A DNA stretch of 64,000 nucleotides from Clostridia bacterium (GTDB taxonomy: Bacteria; Bacillota; Clostridia; Saccharofermentanales; Saccharofermentanaceae): positions 3,514 through 67,513 of the forward strand of contig JAEEIT010000186.1 in assembly GCA_016281535.1 (NCBI GenBank). The letters run 5' to 3'. The position numbers and the translations under genes were made by a program. Shown in pieces: positions 1-9,157 of the stretch. How positions within the stretch are numbered: position 1 is the first letter of the stretch; each line of letters starts with the position of its first letter. The notes beneath the pieces were generated by a model, which worked only from the letters and a program-made list of their open reading frames with translations, had not been told where the DNA came from and did not search any database.

Positions 1-1
1 G

Positions 2-190
2 AAGGGTAAGGTCGACCCGCTCTACGGTCTCAAGGAGAACGTTATCATCGGTAAGCTGATCCCGGCTGGTACAGGTATGCCGAAGTACAGAAATCTTACC
101 GCTGTTCCGGTACTTCCTGAGAACAACGAGCTACTTGGCAAGGAGCCGGTTGTGATCCCGAGCATGATCCCGGCAGGTACGGAAGCCTGA
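2..190 (+). CDS. rpoC: DNA-directed RNA polymerase beta' subunit, C-terminal end (gene begins upstream of window)
   Basis: The frame from nt 2 reads [32 protein letters not shown]...SMIPAGTEA, with stop TGA at 188-190. [17 protein letters not shown] is the conserved beta' C-terminal block. It is absent from the ORF track because no start codon lies in the window. Confidence 0.8.
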   Translation, partial: KGKVDPLYGLKENVIIGKLIPAGTGMPKYRNLTAVPVLPENNELLGKEPVVIPSMIPAGTEA

Positions 191-229
191 TCGTAAGATC
201 ACTTTCACGACATGTAACAGATAATCGAA

Positions 230-263
230 GGAGCTGTCCTGTGCAGGGCGGCTCCTTCTTTAT
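230..263 (+). terminator. Intrinsic terminator downstream of rpoC
   Basis: Imperfect hairpin GGAGCTGTCCTG / CAGGGCGGCTCC (230-255) followed by TTCTTTAT. Confidence 0.5.
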
Positions 264-437
264 ATAGTCGGGAAACCGCCGTTCCGGAAACACGATTGTA
301 AAATAAGAGAAATGTCACAATATTTGAATAGGATGCCTTGAGAGAGTAAAATGATAACGGATGCTGGGTAGGTAGATGTATTTCTGTCTGCCCGGATCGG
401 AAGATGGTAGAAAGGATCAGGGGCGCGCGGATCCCGT

Positions 438-1862
438 ATGGATCTGCATGACCGGAGAAGGATGCGACAGCGCAGGAAAGAACGCAGCACCAGAATGGCG
501 ATCGTGGCGATTGCAGTATGCACCATGATCACGTTCCCGCTTATGATGATCCCGGTCGGTATGCGTGAGAGCACACCGGCGGGGGTGCTGGTAGGGCGCG
601 CCTATGCGGATGCGTATCCGTATTCGGATCAGGAGGAAGAATCAGGCATCGAGGAATGGGCCATCGTTCCGGCTGAGACGACTCCGAATACTGATCCGGG
701 TGTAAATCCGGATGATCCGGAAGTAACGGGAGATCCCGAAAATCCTGATACGACACTGCCACCGGAACCGACTAAGGGACCGGAGAAGATCATCGATCCG
801 GAGACTGGCATGGAACTGATCGTCATCGGCGAAGGTCAGACAGTAAACGCTACCTATATCGATGATTACGAGCAGAAAGAGAAGAAGTATGCGGACGTAA
901 TGACGGCGCAGGTCATCCAGACCTACGACTCCTCCGACTTACCGATCGAAATGCTCGATACCAGTGCTTTTACCCCTGTAGAAGAAGAACTGTATATTAA
1001 GACGACGAATACCCAGCTCAAAGAGATCCCGAATATGGACAGCACCACGATCGCGAACATCGACCGTTCGGCTGAGGTCCTTCGGATCGCCGTGGGTGAT
1101 ACGTGGTCTCTGATCCGCACGGCTGACGGCGTGGAAGGCTATGTGCTCTCGGCTTCCCTGTCGAAGGAGATGGTCTTTAACGAGATCGACCGTGATGTCT
1201 GGGTCAATACGAATGATTTAAGACTTCGTTCCGAGCCGAATACAGAGTGTGAGATCATCAAGTATCTCGACAGATGGACGCACCTGCACTGTTCCGGTAT
1301 CGCTGCGAACCAGTGGTATCAGGTAGAACTTGACGATGGTACGCGCGGATATGTGTATGTTTCCTATACGACGACGAAACCACCGCCGACACCTACACCG
1401 AAGCCCACGCCGAAGCCGAAGAAGTCCGGCGGTGGCGGAGGCGGCGGAGGAGGCGGCAGCAGCAGTAACTACACGCCTCCGAAGATCACCGGTGTAAACG
1501 GCGAGAGTATCATCAACATCGCGGAATCCATGCTGGGTGTGGATTACGTCTGGTGTGGTGAGAGCAGAAGCGGCGTGGACTGCTCCGGTCTGGTGGTGTA
1601 CTGCTACAGGCAGGTGGGTCTGTCACTTCCGCATCAATCGAATTCACTCCGCTATACGGGCGACGGTGTCAGCCGTTCGGATATTCAGATCGGCGATGTC
1701 ATCGTTTATGACCTCAAGGGCGGTGACGGAATCGCAGACCATGTTGCCCTCTATGCCGGCGGCGGATCGGTGATCCATGCATCCTCAAGTAGGGACTCGG
1801 TCGTATACGGAAGCCTGGATATGGGTACGATCCTAACGATCCGCAGGATCATCGCATCGTAG
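438..1862 (+). CDS. NlpC/P60 family cell-wall endopeptidase with SH3b-like domains
   Basis: The C-terminus GVDYVWCGESRSGVDCSGLVVYCYRQVGLSLPHQS...DHVALYAGGGSVIHASS is the NlpC/P60 Cys-His core. There is an N-terminal TM (IVAIAVCTMITFPLMMIPV) and two SH3b-like segments (WSLIRTADGVEGYVLSASL; NQWYQVELDDGTRGYVYVSY). PT-rich and Gly-run linkers are present. The start could instead be 495. Confidence 0.85.
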   Translation: MDLHDRRRMRQRRKERSTRMAIVAIAVCTMITFPLMMIPVGMRESTPAGVLVGRAYADAYPYSDQEEESGIEEWAIVPAETTPNTDPGVNPDDPEVTGDPENPDTTLPPEPTKGPEKIIDPETGMELIVIGEGQTVNATYIDDYEQKEKKYADVMTAQVIQTYDSSDLPIEMLDTSAFTPVEEELYIKTTNTQLKEIPNMDSTTIANIDRSAEVLRIAVGDTWSLIRTADGVEGYVLSASLSKEMVFNEIDRDVWVNTNDLRLRSEPNTECEIIKYLDRWTHLHCSGIAANQWYQVELDDGTRGYVYVSYTTTKPPPTPTPKPTPKPKKSGGGGGGGGGGSSSNYTPPKITGVNGESIINIAESMLGVDYVWCGESRSGVDCSGLVVYCYRQVGLSLPHQSNSLRYTGDGVSRSDIQIGDVIVYDLKGGDGIADHVALYAGGGSVIHASSSRDSVVYGSLDMGTILTIRRIIAS

Positions 1863-1888
1863 AATAATGAAGTGAAAAGCACTGAAGA

Positions 1889-1922
1889 AGCGCCTCCCAT
1901 CCAAGAGACGCTTTTTCTTTTT
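1889..1922 (+). terminator. Intrinsic terminator after NlpC/P60 gene
   Basis: Hairpin AGCGCCTC-(8 nt)-GAGACGCT (1889-1912, one mismatch) followed by TTTTTCTTTTT. Confidence 0.55.
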
Positions 1923-2045
1923 GCTTTAAATAGAAGAGGCAATCTCTATAAGAAGTTTACAGAATATGCTATTTTCCCCCGGCACGATACCTCTTCAAAA
2001 GTGCTATACTGAACATATCAGAGATGATTTAAGGAGGATGAAAGT

Positions 2046-2291
2046 ATGATTCTGAATATTATTGTTGGCTTGGTTATTGGTGGTCTGGCCGGTTTCTGCG
2101 CAAGCAAGATCATGGGTGAGACGAACGGATTGATCATGAACATCATTCTGGGTGTTGTCGGTGGCTTCGTTGCCGGTTTGATCTTCGGTCTTCTCGGACT
2201 CGGTGCCGGCGGATATATCGGTACATTTATCGTATCGCTGATCGGTGCGTGCGGACTCATCTATCTGTGGAGAAAGGTTCTCAAGAAGTAA
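2046..2291 (+). CDS. GlsB/YeaQ/YmgE family (transglycosylase-associated) small membrane protein
   Basis: An 81-aa Gly-rich triple-TM protein, MILNIIVGLVIGGLAGFCASKIMG...GVVGGFVAGLIFG, typical of this family. The SD AAGGAGG lies upstream. Confidence 0.8.
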   Translation: MILNIIVGLVIGGLAGFCASKIMGETNGLIMNIILGVVGGFVAGLIFGLLGLGAGGYIGTFIVSLIGACGLIYLWRKVLKK

Positions 2292-2310
2292 TCTGTTATA
2301 TCCAAAAACC

Positions 2311-2385
2311 AAAGAGAACTCCCTTGCGGCTTCAGACAGTTTGCTGAAGCAAAACTTGCCGCTCGGGAGTTCTCTTTTGCTTTTC
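2311..2385 (+). terminator. Long-stem intrinsic terminator after glsB-like gene
   Basis: AAAGAGAACTCCC-TT-GCGGC (2311-2330) pairs with GCCGC-TC-GGGAGTTCTCTTT (2358-2377). An inner GCTTCAG/CTGAAGC hairpin lies in the loop. The element is followed by TGCTTTTC. Confidence 0.65.
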
Positions 2386-2496
2386 GAAGATAACGGCTGT
2401 TGGAACTTGCCGATCGGAGATTCTTTTTGTTTGTCTAAGCCAGATGATGTGTTTCGTTTTGAGAGAAGGCCGCTCGGGAGTTCTCTTTTTTGTTTG
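2353..2496 (+). repeat. Three degenerate direct copies of a terminator-3'-arm-like module
   Basis: AACTTGCCGCTCGGGAGTTCTCTTTTGCTTTT (2353-2384), AACTTGCCGATCGGAGATTCTTTTTGTTTG (2404-2433) and AAGGCCGCTCGGGAGTTCTCTTTTTTGTTTG (2466-2496). A 21-nt core, GCCGCTCGGGAGTTCTCTTTT, is identical in copies 1 and 3. Confidence 0.75.
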
Positions 2497-2506
2497 AAAA
2501 TGGGTG

Positions 2507-2534
2507 TTGACATCTGAATGGGGCGTTGTATAAT
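2507..2534 (+). promoter_or_regulatory. SigA-type promoter of the ctsR operon
   Basis: TTGACA (2507-2512), a 16-nt spacer, then TATAAT (2529-2534). Confidence 0.7.
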
Positions 2535-2540
2535 TAAGTT

Positions 2541-2570
2541 AGTCAAAGAAAGTCAAAGTCAAATGTCAAA
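2541..2570 (+). promoter_or_regulatory. CtsR operator (tandem GTCAAA heptads)
   Basis: AGTCAAA-GAA-AGTCAAA (2541-2557) matches the CtsR consensus RGTCAAA-NAN-RGTCAAA exactly. It is followed directly by GTCAAA-TGTCAAA (2558-2570). The site sits just downstream of the -10 box and upstream of ctsR. Confidence 0.85.
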
Positions 2571-2617
2571 AGACAAAAGCAAATAGAAGAAATAGTCAGT
2601 AAGGAGATGAGAGGGAT

Positions 2618-3079
2618 ATGGCAAGACTGGTCGATGTGATCGAGATGATGATCAAAGAGATGCTGGACGAGAATAATGGTGCAGCTGTGATCAACAGAAG
2701 TGATCTGGCTGAACGGGTGAATTGTGTGCCATCCCAGATCACTTATGTTATTTCGACGCGTTTTACGAACGGGCAGGGATATATCGTGGAGAGCCGGCGT
2801 GGCGGCGGTGGTCAGATCCGGATCTCGCGTGTGCAGAGGATGCCGGGTACGAATTATCTGATGCATACGATCAATTCCCTGGGAGATACGATCTCTCAGC
2901 AGGAGGCCGAGATCTTCCTTCTGAATTTCGTGGATTACGGGGTGATGGATCAGCGGACCGCGCGGCTGATCAAGGCGGCTATTTCGGACCGGGCCCTGTC
3001 CGGGATCGATGCGGATAAGAAGGCTTCGGTCAGGATGGACATATTTAAGAATATGCTGATCAGTCTGATCACGAAGTAG
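2618..3079 (+). CDS. ctsR: Class III stress-gene repressor CtsR
   Basis: MARLVDVIEMMIKEMLDE...VPSQITYVISTRFTNGQGYIVESRRGGGGQIRISRV is characteristic of CtsR. It is the first gene of the ctsR-mcsA-mcsB-clpC order. Confidence 0.92.
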   Translation: MARLVDVIEMMIKEMLDENNGAAVINRSDLAERVNCVPSQITYVISTRFTNGQGYIVESRRGGGGQIRISRVQRMPGTNYLMHTINSLGDTISQQEAEIFLLNFVDYGVMDQRTARLIKAAISDRALSGIDADKKASVRMDIFKNMLISLITK

Positions 3080-3200
3080 CATGAGGGCGTTGCGGGAACA
3101 GTCTCGAAGAAGGAAACCGAGGAACCGCACGTGTAGAAAGGAGAAAAGAAATGCCGGCCCTACGGAAATGACGGGATCGGATGAGATAGGAGTGAACATT

Positions 3201-3887
3201 ATGAAGTGTCAACGTTGTAAGGAAAGAGAAGCAAATGTCAAAATCATGAAGCAGGTGTCGGGTAAGGCGCCGCAGATGCTTATGCTCTGCGATGAGTGTG
3301 CCAGGGAACTCGGAATCGCACTTCCGGGGAATCTCATGAACGGCGGAATTTTCGGTGCCGGCATGGGAAATACGGTAGGAAATCCTCTCGGAGTACCGGG
3401 TCAGAGTGCGCTCCCGAATCCTCTTGAGATGCTGGCCGGAGCGTTCGGCTCGCCGTTCGGACTGGGACTGGAGGGGCTGCTCGACGATTCAGAGGAAGAG
3501 AGCTGCCCGACGTGCAAGATGACGAGGAGCCAGTTTACGAAGAGCGGATTCCTGGGATGCTCGGATTGTTATAATGTATTTGCCCAGTTTATCGACCCGA
3601 TGTTCCGAAGGACCCAGATGGGCTCGAAGCATGTCGGCAGGAAACCGGGTGCGTCAGGAAACATCGAGCTCCCGATGGATGATGAGGAAGAAAAACCGGT
3701 AATCAGGCAGGTGGATACACTTGCGGATGAGATGGGCGATCTGTCGGAAGAGGAGAAGGCGAAGAAACTTCTGATCATGCAGAAGGAGAAGCTTCTTAAA
3801 GAGGCAGTGAAGGCAGAGAACTATCAGGAAGCGGCGAAGCTTCGTGATGAGATCCGTGCGATCAAGGGAGAGGAGGACGACAAATGA
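3201..3887 (+). CDS. mcsA: McsA (zinc-finger/UVR-motif activator of McsB)
   Basis: MKCQRCKEREANV...LCDECARE and CPTCKM...CSDCY are CxxC pairs. A C-terminal UVR-like AENYQEAAKLRDEIRAIK is present. AGGAG lies 8 nt before ATG 3201. The in-frame upstream ATG 3081 adds an Arg-rich extension that is not typical of McsA. Confidence 0.85.
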   Translation: MKCQRCKEREANVKIMKQVSGKAPQMLMLCDECARELGIALPGNLMNGGIFGAGMGNTVGNPLGVPGQSALPNPLEMLAGAFGSPFGLGLEGLLDDSEEESCPTCKMTRSQFTKSGFLGCSDCYNVFAQFIDPMFRRTQMGSKHVGRKPGASGNIELPMDDEEEKPVIRQVDTLADEMGDLSEEEKAKKLLIMQKEKLLKEAVKAENYQEAAKLRDEIRAIKGEEDDK

Positions 3888-4936
3888 GCTGGTATCTGGA
3901 AGCAGGAAATGACAGTGATATCGTTCTCTCGAGCCGGATCCGTCTGGCGAGAAATCTCCGCGGGTTTAATTTCCCGAACTGCATGAACGATGCGCAGAGA
4001 AGAAGCGTCCTGGAGAAGGTATCTGATGTCCTTACGAATATTCCGGGGAATCCTCTGATGCGGATGGATATTGCGCCTCTGCCGCAGACGGATAAGAGGT
4101 CTCTTATCGAGAAACATCTGATCTCGGAGGAACTTTCTAAGGGACAGGAAGGACAGAGCGTCTTTATCTCGAAGGATGAGAACATCAGTGTGATGGTCAA
4201 TGAAGAGGATCACATAAGGATCCAGGTGATGGCGCCGGGGTTTGCCCTGGAGAACACCTATAAGCAGGCGGAGGACATGGCGATCTATATCGAAGGACTT
4301 CTGCCGGTGGCCTTCTCTGATAAATACGGGTTTCTGACCGCGTATCCGAGTAATACGGGTACGGGACTCCGGGCCTCGGTGATGGTCCATCTGCCGACGT
4401 TAACGGCTATCAGAGGCGGAACGGCACTGAAAGAATCCCTCCAGAAAGCAGGCTATACGGTGCGCGGTGCATATGGAGAGAACAGCAAGTCGGTGGGAAA
4501 TATCTACCAGATCTCGAACACGATTACACTGGGGATCTCCGAGAAGCAGACTCTTCAGAAGTTCACGAAGGTGATCAACGAGGTCATCGCACTGGAGAGA
4601 CGTCTCAGACAGGAGTTCTACGAGAAGAATAAGGACAAGCTGGAAGACCGCGTATACCGTTCTCTGGGAGAACTGACCTATGCGAGGATGATCTCGTCCG
4701 TGGAGGCGATGAACCGTTTAAGTGACCTACGGATGGGCGTGGCCTGCGGGTTCCTGAAGAACGTAAATGAGCGGCAGCTGATGCTGCTTCTGAATACGAT
4801 CGGCGATGCCTCGGTGCAGAAGAGATGCGGCGAGATGCTTACGCCGAAGGATCTGGCGATGAAACGGGCCGAACTGATACGAGAAGTACTTAAGGAAAAA
4901 GAAGAGAATCAAACTGAAGATGAAAAGGGGGAATGA
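3884..4936 (+). CDS. mcsB: Protein arginine kinase McsB
   Basis: Guanido-phosphotransferase-type sequence (VLSSRIRLARNL..FP; NEEDHIRIQ; GTGLRASVMVHLP). An ATGA start/stop overlap links it to mcsA. Confidence 0.92.
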   Translation: MSWYLEAGNDSDIVLSSRIRLARNLRGFNFPNCMNDAQRRSVLEKVSDVLTNIPGNPLMRMDIAPLPQTDKRSLIEKHLISEELSKGQEGQSVFISKDENISVMVNEEDHIRIQVMAPGFALENTYKQAEDMAIYIEGLLPVAFSDKYGFLTAYPSNTGTGLRASVMVHLPTLTAIRGGTALKESLQKAGYTVRGAYGENSKSVGNIYQISNTITLGISEKQTLQKFTKVINEVIALERRLRQEFYEKNKDKLEDRVYRSLGELTYARMISSVEAMNRLSDLRMGVACGFLKNVNERQLMLLLNTIGDASVQKRCGEMLTPKDLAMKRAELIREVLKEKEENQTEDEKGE

Positions 4937-4939
4937 CCT

Positions 4940-7612
4940 GTGAATATTTCTAGAAGAACAATGGAGATGCTGACACGTGCGCATATGTATGCAGCATCCT
5001 TTAATTTTACATTTATCGGAACGGAACATATCCTTCTGGCACTGACGGATGAGAGCATGTCTCCGGTCGATGAGATATTGGACCGTCATGGTGTAAGCAA
5101 GACAGACGTGATGCGTGAAGTCGCAAAACTTGCCGGAAGAGAGCCGGGTGCTCTGGTGGAGCGCGAGGCGGATCCGAACCAGATCTTCAACCAGTGCACC
5201 AACCGCACGAAGAGATTGCTGTATCTGGCGGAATTCCTGACGAAGAAAGAAGGAAAGAGCGTCGTGGAGCCGGAGCATGTGCTTCTGGCTATTCTGAAAG
5301 ACGGACAGTGCACGGCTTTCCGTATCCTGGCGTATCACGACTTCGATGCCCAGGCGGCGACAGTGGAACTGATCGACCTTCTCAGCGAGCGTGCGCAGGA
5401 TGAAGGTTCGCGCTATGACGATGACGACGAGGACGAAGATGAGGAGGAGAACGACGAGGAAGACGAGGACGAGGAGAACGAAGATCCTGTTTCCCGTTTC
5501 TTCGGCGGCGAATCCGTAAAGAGAAGACACTCGAAGAAGAGTGACGACGAGAAGGAAAAAGACAAGAACACGAAGACGAAGACTCTCGATAAGTACTGTA
5601 AGGATCTTACCGAAGAGGCGAAGAAGGGCCGTATCGATCCGGTGATCGGACGTGAGGAGGAGATCTCCCGTGTTATGCAGATCCTGGTGAGAAGAACGAA
5701 GAACAATCCGGTCCTGATCGGTGAGCCTGGTGTCGGTAAGACTGCCATCGCAGAGGGACTTGCCCTGAAGATCGTAAGTGACGATGTCCCGGAGCTTCTC
5801 GCGGGAAAGAGAGTGCTCTCTCTGGATCTGTCTTCGATGGTGGCCGGAACGAAGTACAGAGGCGAATTCGAGGACCGCTTTAAGAAGAGTCTGGAAGAAG
5901 CCACGAAGGCCGGTAACGTGATCCTGTTCATTGACGAGCTGCATATGATCATGGGCGCCGGTAACTCGGAGGGCGCGATGGACGCGGCCAATATGCTGAA
6001 GCCGCTTCTGGCCAGAGGCGAACTGCATGTGATCGGCGCGACGACGCTGAATGAATACAGGAAGCGCATCGAGAAGGATTCTGCTCTGGAACGCCGTTTC
6101 CAGAAGGTCCTTGTTAAGGAGCCGAGTACAACGGATACGATCCTGATCCTGAAGGGGATCCGCAGCAAGTTCGAGGAGCATCACGGGATCAAGATCCCGG
6201 ACGATGCGATCGACCAGGCCGTTATTCTGAGCAGCCGGTATATTACGGACCGTTTCCTTCCGGATAAGGCTATCGATCTGATCGATGAGGCGGCATCGCG
6301 GCTCCGCATCAAGGCCTCGACCGAACCGGACGAGACGAAGAAGATCGGCGAGCGGATCAACGAGATCATGCGTCTGAAGCAGGAGGCCGTGAATAATCAG
6401 GACTTCGAGACGGCGCAGAAGTTAAGAGATGAGGAGACGCTCCTTGAGGAGAAACTCAGCACACTGCGTCAGCAGGTCGTCAGCTCCAGCGAGAAGAAGG
6501 AACTGGCGCTGACTCCGGATGATATTGCGGATATCGTCGCGAACTGGACAGGTATCCCGGTCAAGAAGATCACGGAGAGCGATGCGGAGCGCCTGAAGAC
6601 TCTTGAAGAAGAACTGAAGAAGCGTGTCATCGGTCAGGATGAGGCGGTTACTGCGATTGCGAAAGCGATCAGAAGATCCCGTCTGGGTCTTAAGGACCCG
6701 AAGCGTCCGTCCGGATCCTTTATCTTCCTCGGTACCACCGGTGTAGGTAAGACCGAGCTGGCAAAAGCACTGGCCGAGATCATGTTCGGTAATGAGAACG
6801 CTCTGATCCGTGTGGATATGTCTGAGTACATGGAGAAGCACGATGTCAGCAAGCTCATCGGTTCGCCGCCGGGCTATGTCGGATACGAAGAGGGCGGCCA
6901 GCTCACCGAGAAGGTAAGAAGAATGCCGTATTCGGTAGTGCTTTTTGACGAGATCGAGAAGGCGCATCCGGAGATCTTCAACTCTATGCTGCAGATTCTG
7001 GACGATGGCCGTCTGACAGATGGTCAGGGAAGAGTCGTAGACTTTAAGAATACGATCATCATCATGACATCGAATATCGGTGCGAGAATGCTGACCACGT
7101 CGGCCGGACGCCATATCGGATTCTCCATTCCGTCAGAAAAGAAGGACGATCCGTTCGCGGATGAGGCCGATTCCGAGAGACTGTATGGCGGCAAGTCCTA
7201 CAGCGAGGCGAAAGAGGTCGTGATGGAGGAACTGAAGAAGGCATTTAATCCGGAGTTCCTGAACCGTGTGGATGAGATCATCTTCTTCAGAATGCTCGGT
7301 AAGCAGTCGATCCTCAAGATCGTGGATCTTCTTACCTCCAGCCTCAGGAAGCGCGTGCAGGAGCTGGGCATCGATATCGAGCTTACAGATGCGGCGAGAG
7401 AACTTCTGGCCAAGAAGGGCTACGATCCGCAGTATGGCGCCAGACCGCTGAAGCGTGTGATCCAGTCTATGGTGGAGGATAAGTTCTCCGAGGCACTGCT
7501 CGACAGAGTGGTCGAGTCGGGAGCGACAGCCATCGTGGATGTCGAAAACGACGAGATCGTTATCAGAAAGAAGGAAGCGCGTCAGTTGGCGACAGCCGAT
7601 GCGGAGGAGTAA
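4940..7612 (+). CDS. clpC: ATP-dependent Clp protease ATP-binding subunit ClpC (with acidic/basic linker insertion)
   Basis: Two Clp_N repeats ([10 protein letters not shown]; [10 protein letters not shown]). Walker A motifs GEPGVGKTA and [13 protein letters not shown] motif ([14 protein letters not shown]) and [10 protein letters not shown] are present. GTG start at 4940; an alternative is ATG 4961. Confidence 0.92.
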   Translation: MNISRRTMEMLTRAHMYAASFNFTFIGTEHILLALTDESMSPVDEILDRHGVSKTDVMREVAKLAGREPGALVEREADPNQIFNQCTNRTKRLLYLAEFLTKKEGKSVVEPEHVLLAILKDGQCTAFRILAYHDFDAQAATVELIDLLSERAQDEGSRYDDDDEDEDEEENDEEDEDEENEDPVSRFFGGESVKRRHSKKSDDEKEKDKNTKTKTLDKYCKDLTEEAKKGRIDPVIGREEEISRVMQILVRRTKNNPVLIGEPGVGKTAIAEGLALKIVSDDVPELLAGKRVLSLDLSSMVAGTKYRGEFEDRFKKSLEEATKAGNVILFIDELHMIMGAGNSEGAMDAANMLKPLLARGELHVIGATTLNEYRKRIEKDSALERRFQKVLVKEPSTTDTILILKGIRSKFEEHHGIKIPDDAIDQAVILSSRYITDRFLPDKAIDLIDEAASRLRIKASTEPDETKKIGERINEIMRLKQEAVNNQDFETAQKLRDEETLLEEKLSTLRQQVVSSSEKKELALTPDDIADIVANWTGIPVKKITESDAERLKTLEEELKKRVIGQDEAVTAIAKAIRRSRLGLKDPKRPSGSFIFLGTTGVGKTELAKALAEIMFGNENALIRVDMSEYMEKHDVSKLIGSPPGYVGYEEGGQLTEKVRRMPYSVVLFDEIEKAHPEIFNSMLQILDDGRLTDGQGRVVDFKNTIIIMTSNIGARMLTTSAGRHIGFSIPSEKKDDPFADEADSERLYGGKSYSEAKEVVMEELKKAFNPEFLNRVDEIIFFRMLGKQSILKIVDLLTSSLRKRVQELGIDIELTDAARELLAKKGYDPQYGARPLKRVIQSMVEDKFSEALLDRVVESGATAIVDVENDEIVIRKKEARQLATADAEE

Positions 7613-7618
7613 GAAACG

Positions 7619-8386
7619 ATGGGTTCTGTGTCCGGAAATGAGAATATGATTCATGTCACACTTGCCGAAGAACCGGTGAAGGTCCACTGTCTGTACCCAC
7701 AGACAGTGGACTTTCTTGCGCCTTACGAAAGTTCGAAGGAGCAGGCGCTGGCTCCGGATCCGATCACTGTAGCAATCGATCCGGAGGAGCTTACGAAGGA
7801 ACAGGAGAAATCCGACAGAGAGCGGGAAGTGGAAGGGCTTCCTGCCCATATCTGGCCGAAGGATTATCTGGAACAGCTGGCGATCTACCGTAAGATCGCC
7901 GATGAGATGCCGAAGAGAAATGTGATATTGTTTCACGGTTCTGTGATCGCGGTCGACGGGCAGGGGTACCTCTTTACGGCGGTGAGCGGGACAGGAAAGT
8001 CTACGCATACACGCTTGTGGAGAGAGCATTTCGGGGAGCGTGCCGAGATGATCAACGACGATAAACCCCTGATCCGGATCGAGAAGGGACATGTACTTGC
8101 CTACGGCACGCCATGGGACGGGAAGCACCACTTAAGCACGAATAAGGCCGTTCCGCTGAAGGCGATCTGTTTTCTGGATAGAGGGGAGAGAAATGAGATC
8201 CATCCGATCGATCCGATGGAGAAGTATCCGACACTTCTTCAGCAGATCTATCGGCCGAAATCTGCGGAAAGTCTGATCTGTACGATGAAACTTGTAGATC
8301 TTCTGATGAAGGAAACGAAGTTTTATCATCTGCACTGTAATATGGATAAGGAAGCTTGTGAGGTTGCATGGAACGGAATGAACTAA
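7619..8386 (+). CDS. HPr kinase/phosphorylase C-terminal-domain-like P-loop protein (function unknown)
   Basis: LFHGSVIAVDGQGYLFTAVSGTGKSTHTRLW resembles the HprK/P core (HG..v...G.GvLi.G.SG.GKS). The ATG lies 6 nt after the clpC stop, with GGAGGAG inside the clpC 3' end. Confidence 0.65.
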   Translation: MGSVSGNENMIHVTLAEEPVKVHCLYPQTVDFLAPYESSKEQALAPDPITVAIDPEELTKEQEKSDREREVEGLPAHIWPKDYLEQLAIYRKIADEMPKRNVILFHGSVIAVDGQGYLFTAVSGTGKSTHTRLWREHFGERAEMINDDKPLIRIEKGHVLAYGTPWDGKHHLSTNKAVPLKAICFLDRGERNEIHPIDPMEKYPTLLQQIYRPKSAESLICTMKLVDLLMKETKFYHLHCNMDKEACEVAWNGMN

Positions 8387-9108
8387 GTGAACAGAAGCAT
8401 AACGGGACGGCGGCTTTCGGGATCAGCGGCAGTGTCCTTAAGGTGATTGCGGTCTTCTCGATGCTGATCGACCATGTGGCCGGGCATATCCTGTCCCGGT
8501 ACGAAAGCCTGAACAAGGTCCTGTTTACGGTTGCGGGGACGAAGTATTCTGTGGTGACGATCCTTCGGAATTTCCCGGGGAGACTGGCCTTTCCTATCTT
8601 CTGCTTCCTCCTCGTGGAGGGGTTCCGGCATACCCGGAACCGCACGAAGTATGCGCTGAATTTAGCTGCATTTGCCCTTTGGTCGGAGATCCCGTGGAAT
8701 CTGCTTCACGGGGGCGCTCCGTGGAACTATAAGTCACAGAATGTGTTCTTTACGCTGCTGTTCGGTCTTCTCGGGATCTGGGCACTGGAATATTTCGAGA
8801 AGGAAAAGAGGAAAGCGATCCTGATCACGGTGGGGCTTCTCCTCATAAGTTCTTATGCCCATGCGGACTATGGGGTAAAAGGATACGGGCTGATCCTGGC
8901 GATCTACGCACTTCAGAAGAGCAAACTTCTTATGGCGCTGGTGGGATCGGCACTTACTTCCTGGCGGGCGGGTATCGCATTCATCCCGATTTCCCTTTAT
9001 AATGGTGAACGCGGCTTCATACACGGGGAGGTCATGAAGTATGCTTTCTACGCAATCTATCCGGTACATTTCCTGATCCTGTACCTGATCAAACGGGGAG
9101 GTATCTAA
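8368..9108 (+). CDS. TraX family membrane protein
   Basis: A polytopic membrane protein with the N-terminal LKVIAVFSMLIDHVAGHIL motif typical of TraX-family proteins. It overlaps the upstream gene by 19 nt. Confidence 0.7.
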   Translation: MERNELSEQKHNGTAAFGISGSVLKVIAVFSMLIDHVAGHILSRYESLNKVLFTVAGTKYSVVTILRNFPGRLAFPIFCFLLVEGFRHTRNRTKYALNLAAFALWSEIPWNLLHGGAPWNYKSQNVFFTLLFGLLGIWALEYFEKEKRKAILITVGLLLISSYAHADYGVKGYGLILAIYALQKSKLLMALVGSALTSWRAGIAFIPISLYNGERGFIHGEVMKYAFYAIYPVHFLILYLIKRGGI

Positions 9109-9157
9109 GCCGTGAAACGAAGGAAAGGATGCGTTGGCCATAACGCCGGGATGAAAC

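Noticed and set aside
264-437. I looked for a ydaO (c-di-AMP) riboswitch upstream of the NlpC/P60 gene, a common association.
   Set aside because: None of the conserved ydaO blocks (GGGGACCCA, GGUGAAUC, CCGACAGCUAACCUCGUAAGCG-like) are visible. Only an Rfam scan could settle it.
2353-2496. I considered whether the three direct repeats could be a mini CRISPR array.
   Set aside because: There are only three degenerate copies with unequal 51/62-nt spacing. They have T-rich terminator-like tails and no cas genes in the window. Copy 1 is clearly the 3' arm of a terminator hairpin.
2004-2546. ORFs 2004-2546 (-) and 2245-2517 (+) spanning the glsB-like gene and the repeat region.
   Set aside because: The first is antisense to a good membrane-protein gene. 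The second simply translates the three DNA repeats (LPLGSSLLLF / LPIGDSFCL / RPLGSSLFCL) and runs through terminators and the ctsR promoter.
3081-3200. An in-frame upstream ATG (3081) would add a 40-aa Arg-rich N-terminal extension to McsA. There is also a 6-codon mini-ORF, MPALRK (3151-3171), with a good SD.
   Set aside because: McsA proteins begin directly with the first CxxC finger, and ATG 3201 has a well-spaced AGGAG. The mini-ORF is too short to support without ribosome-profiling data.
4727-6184. A 485-aa minus-strand ORF antisense to mcsB/clpC. Similar long antisense ORFs occur at 15367-16875, 23955-25274, 42382-43611, 46442-47659 and 52098-53198.
   Set aside because: All lie opposite genes with strong family motifs. 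They have biased Arg/Leu/His composition and lack SD-linked starts. I treat them as shadow ORFs.
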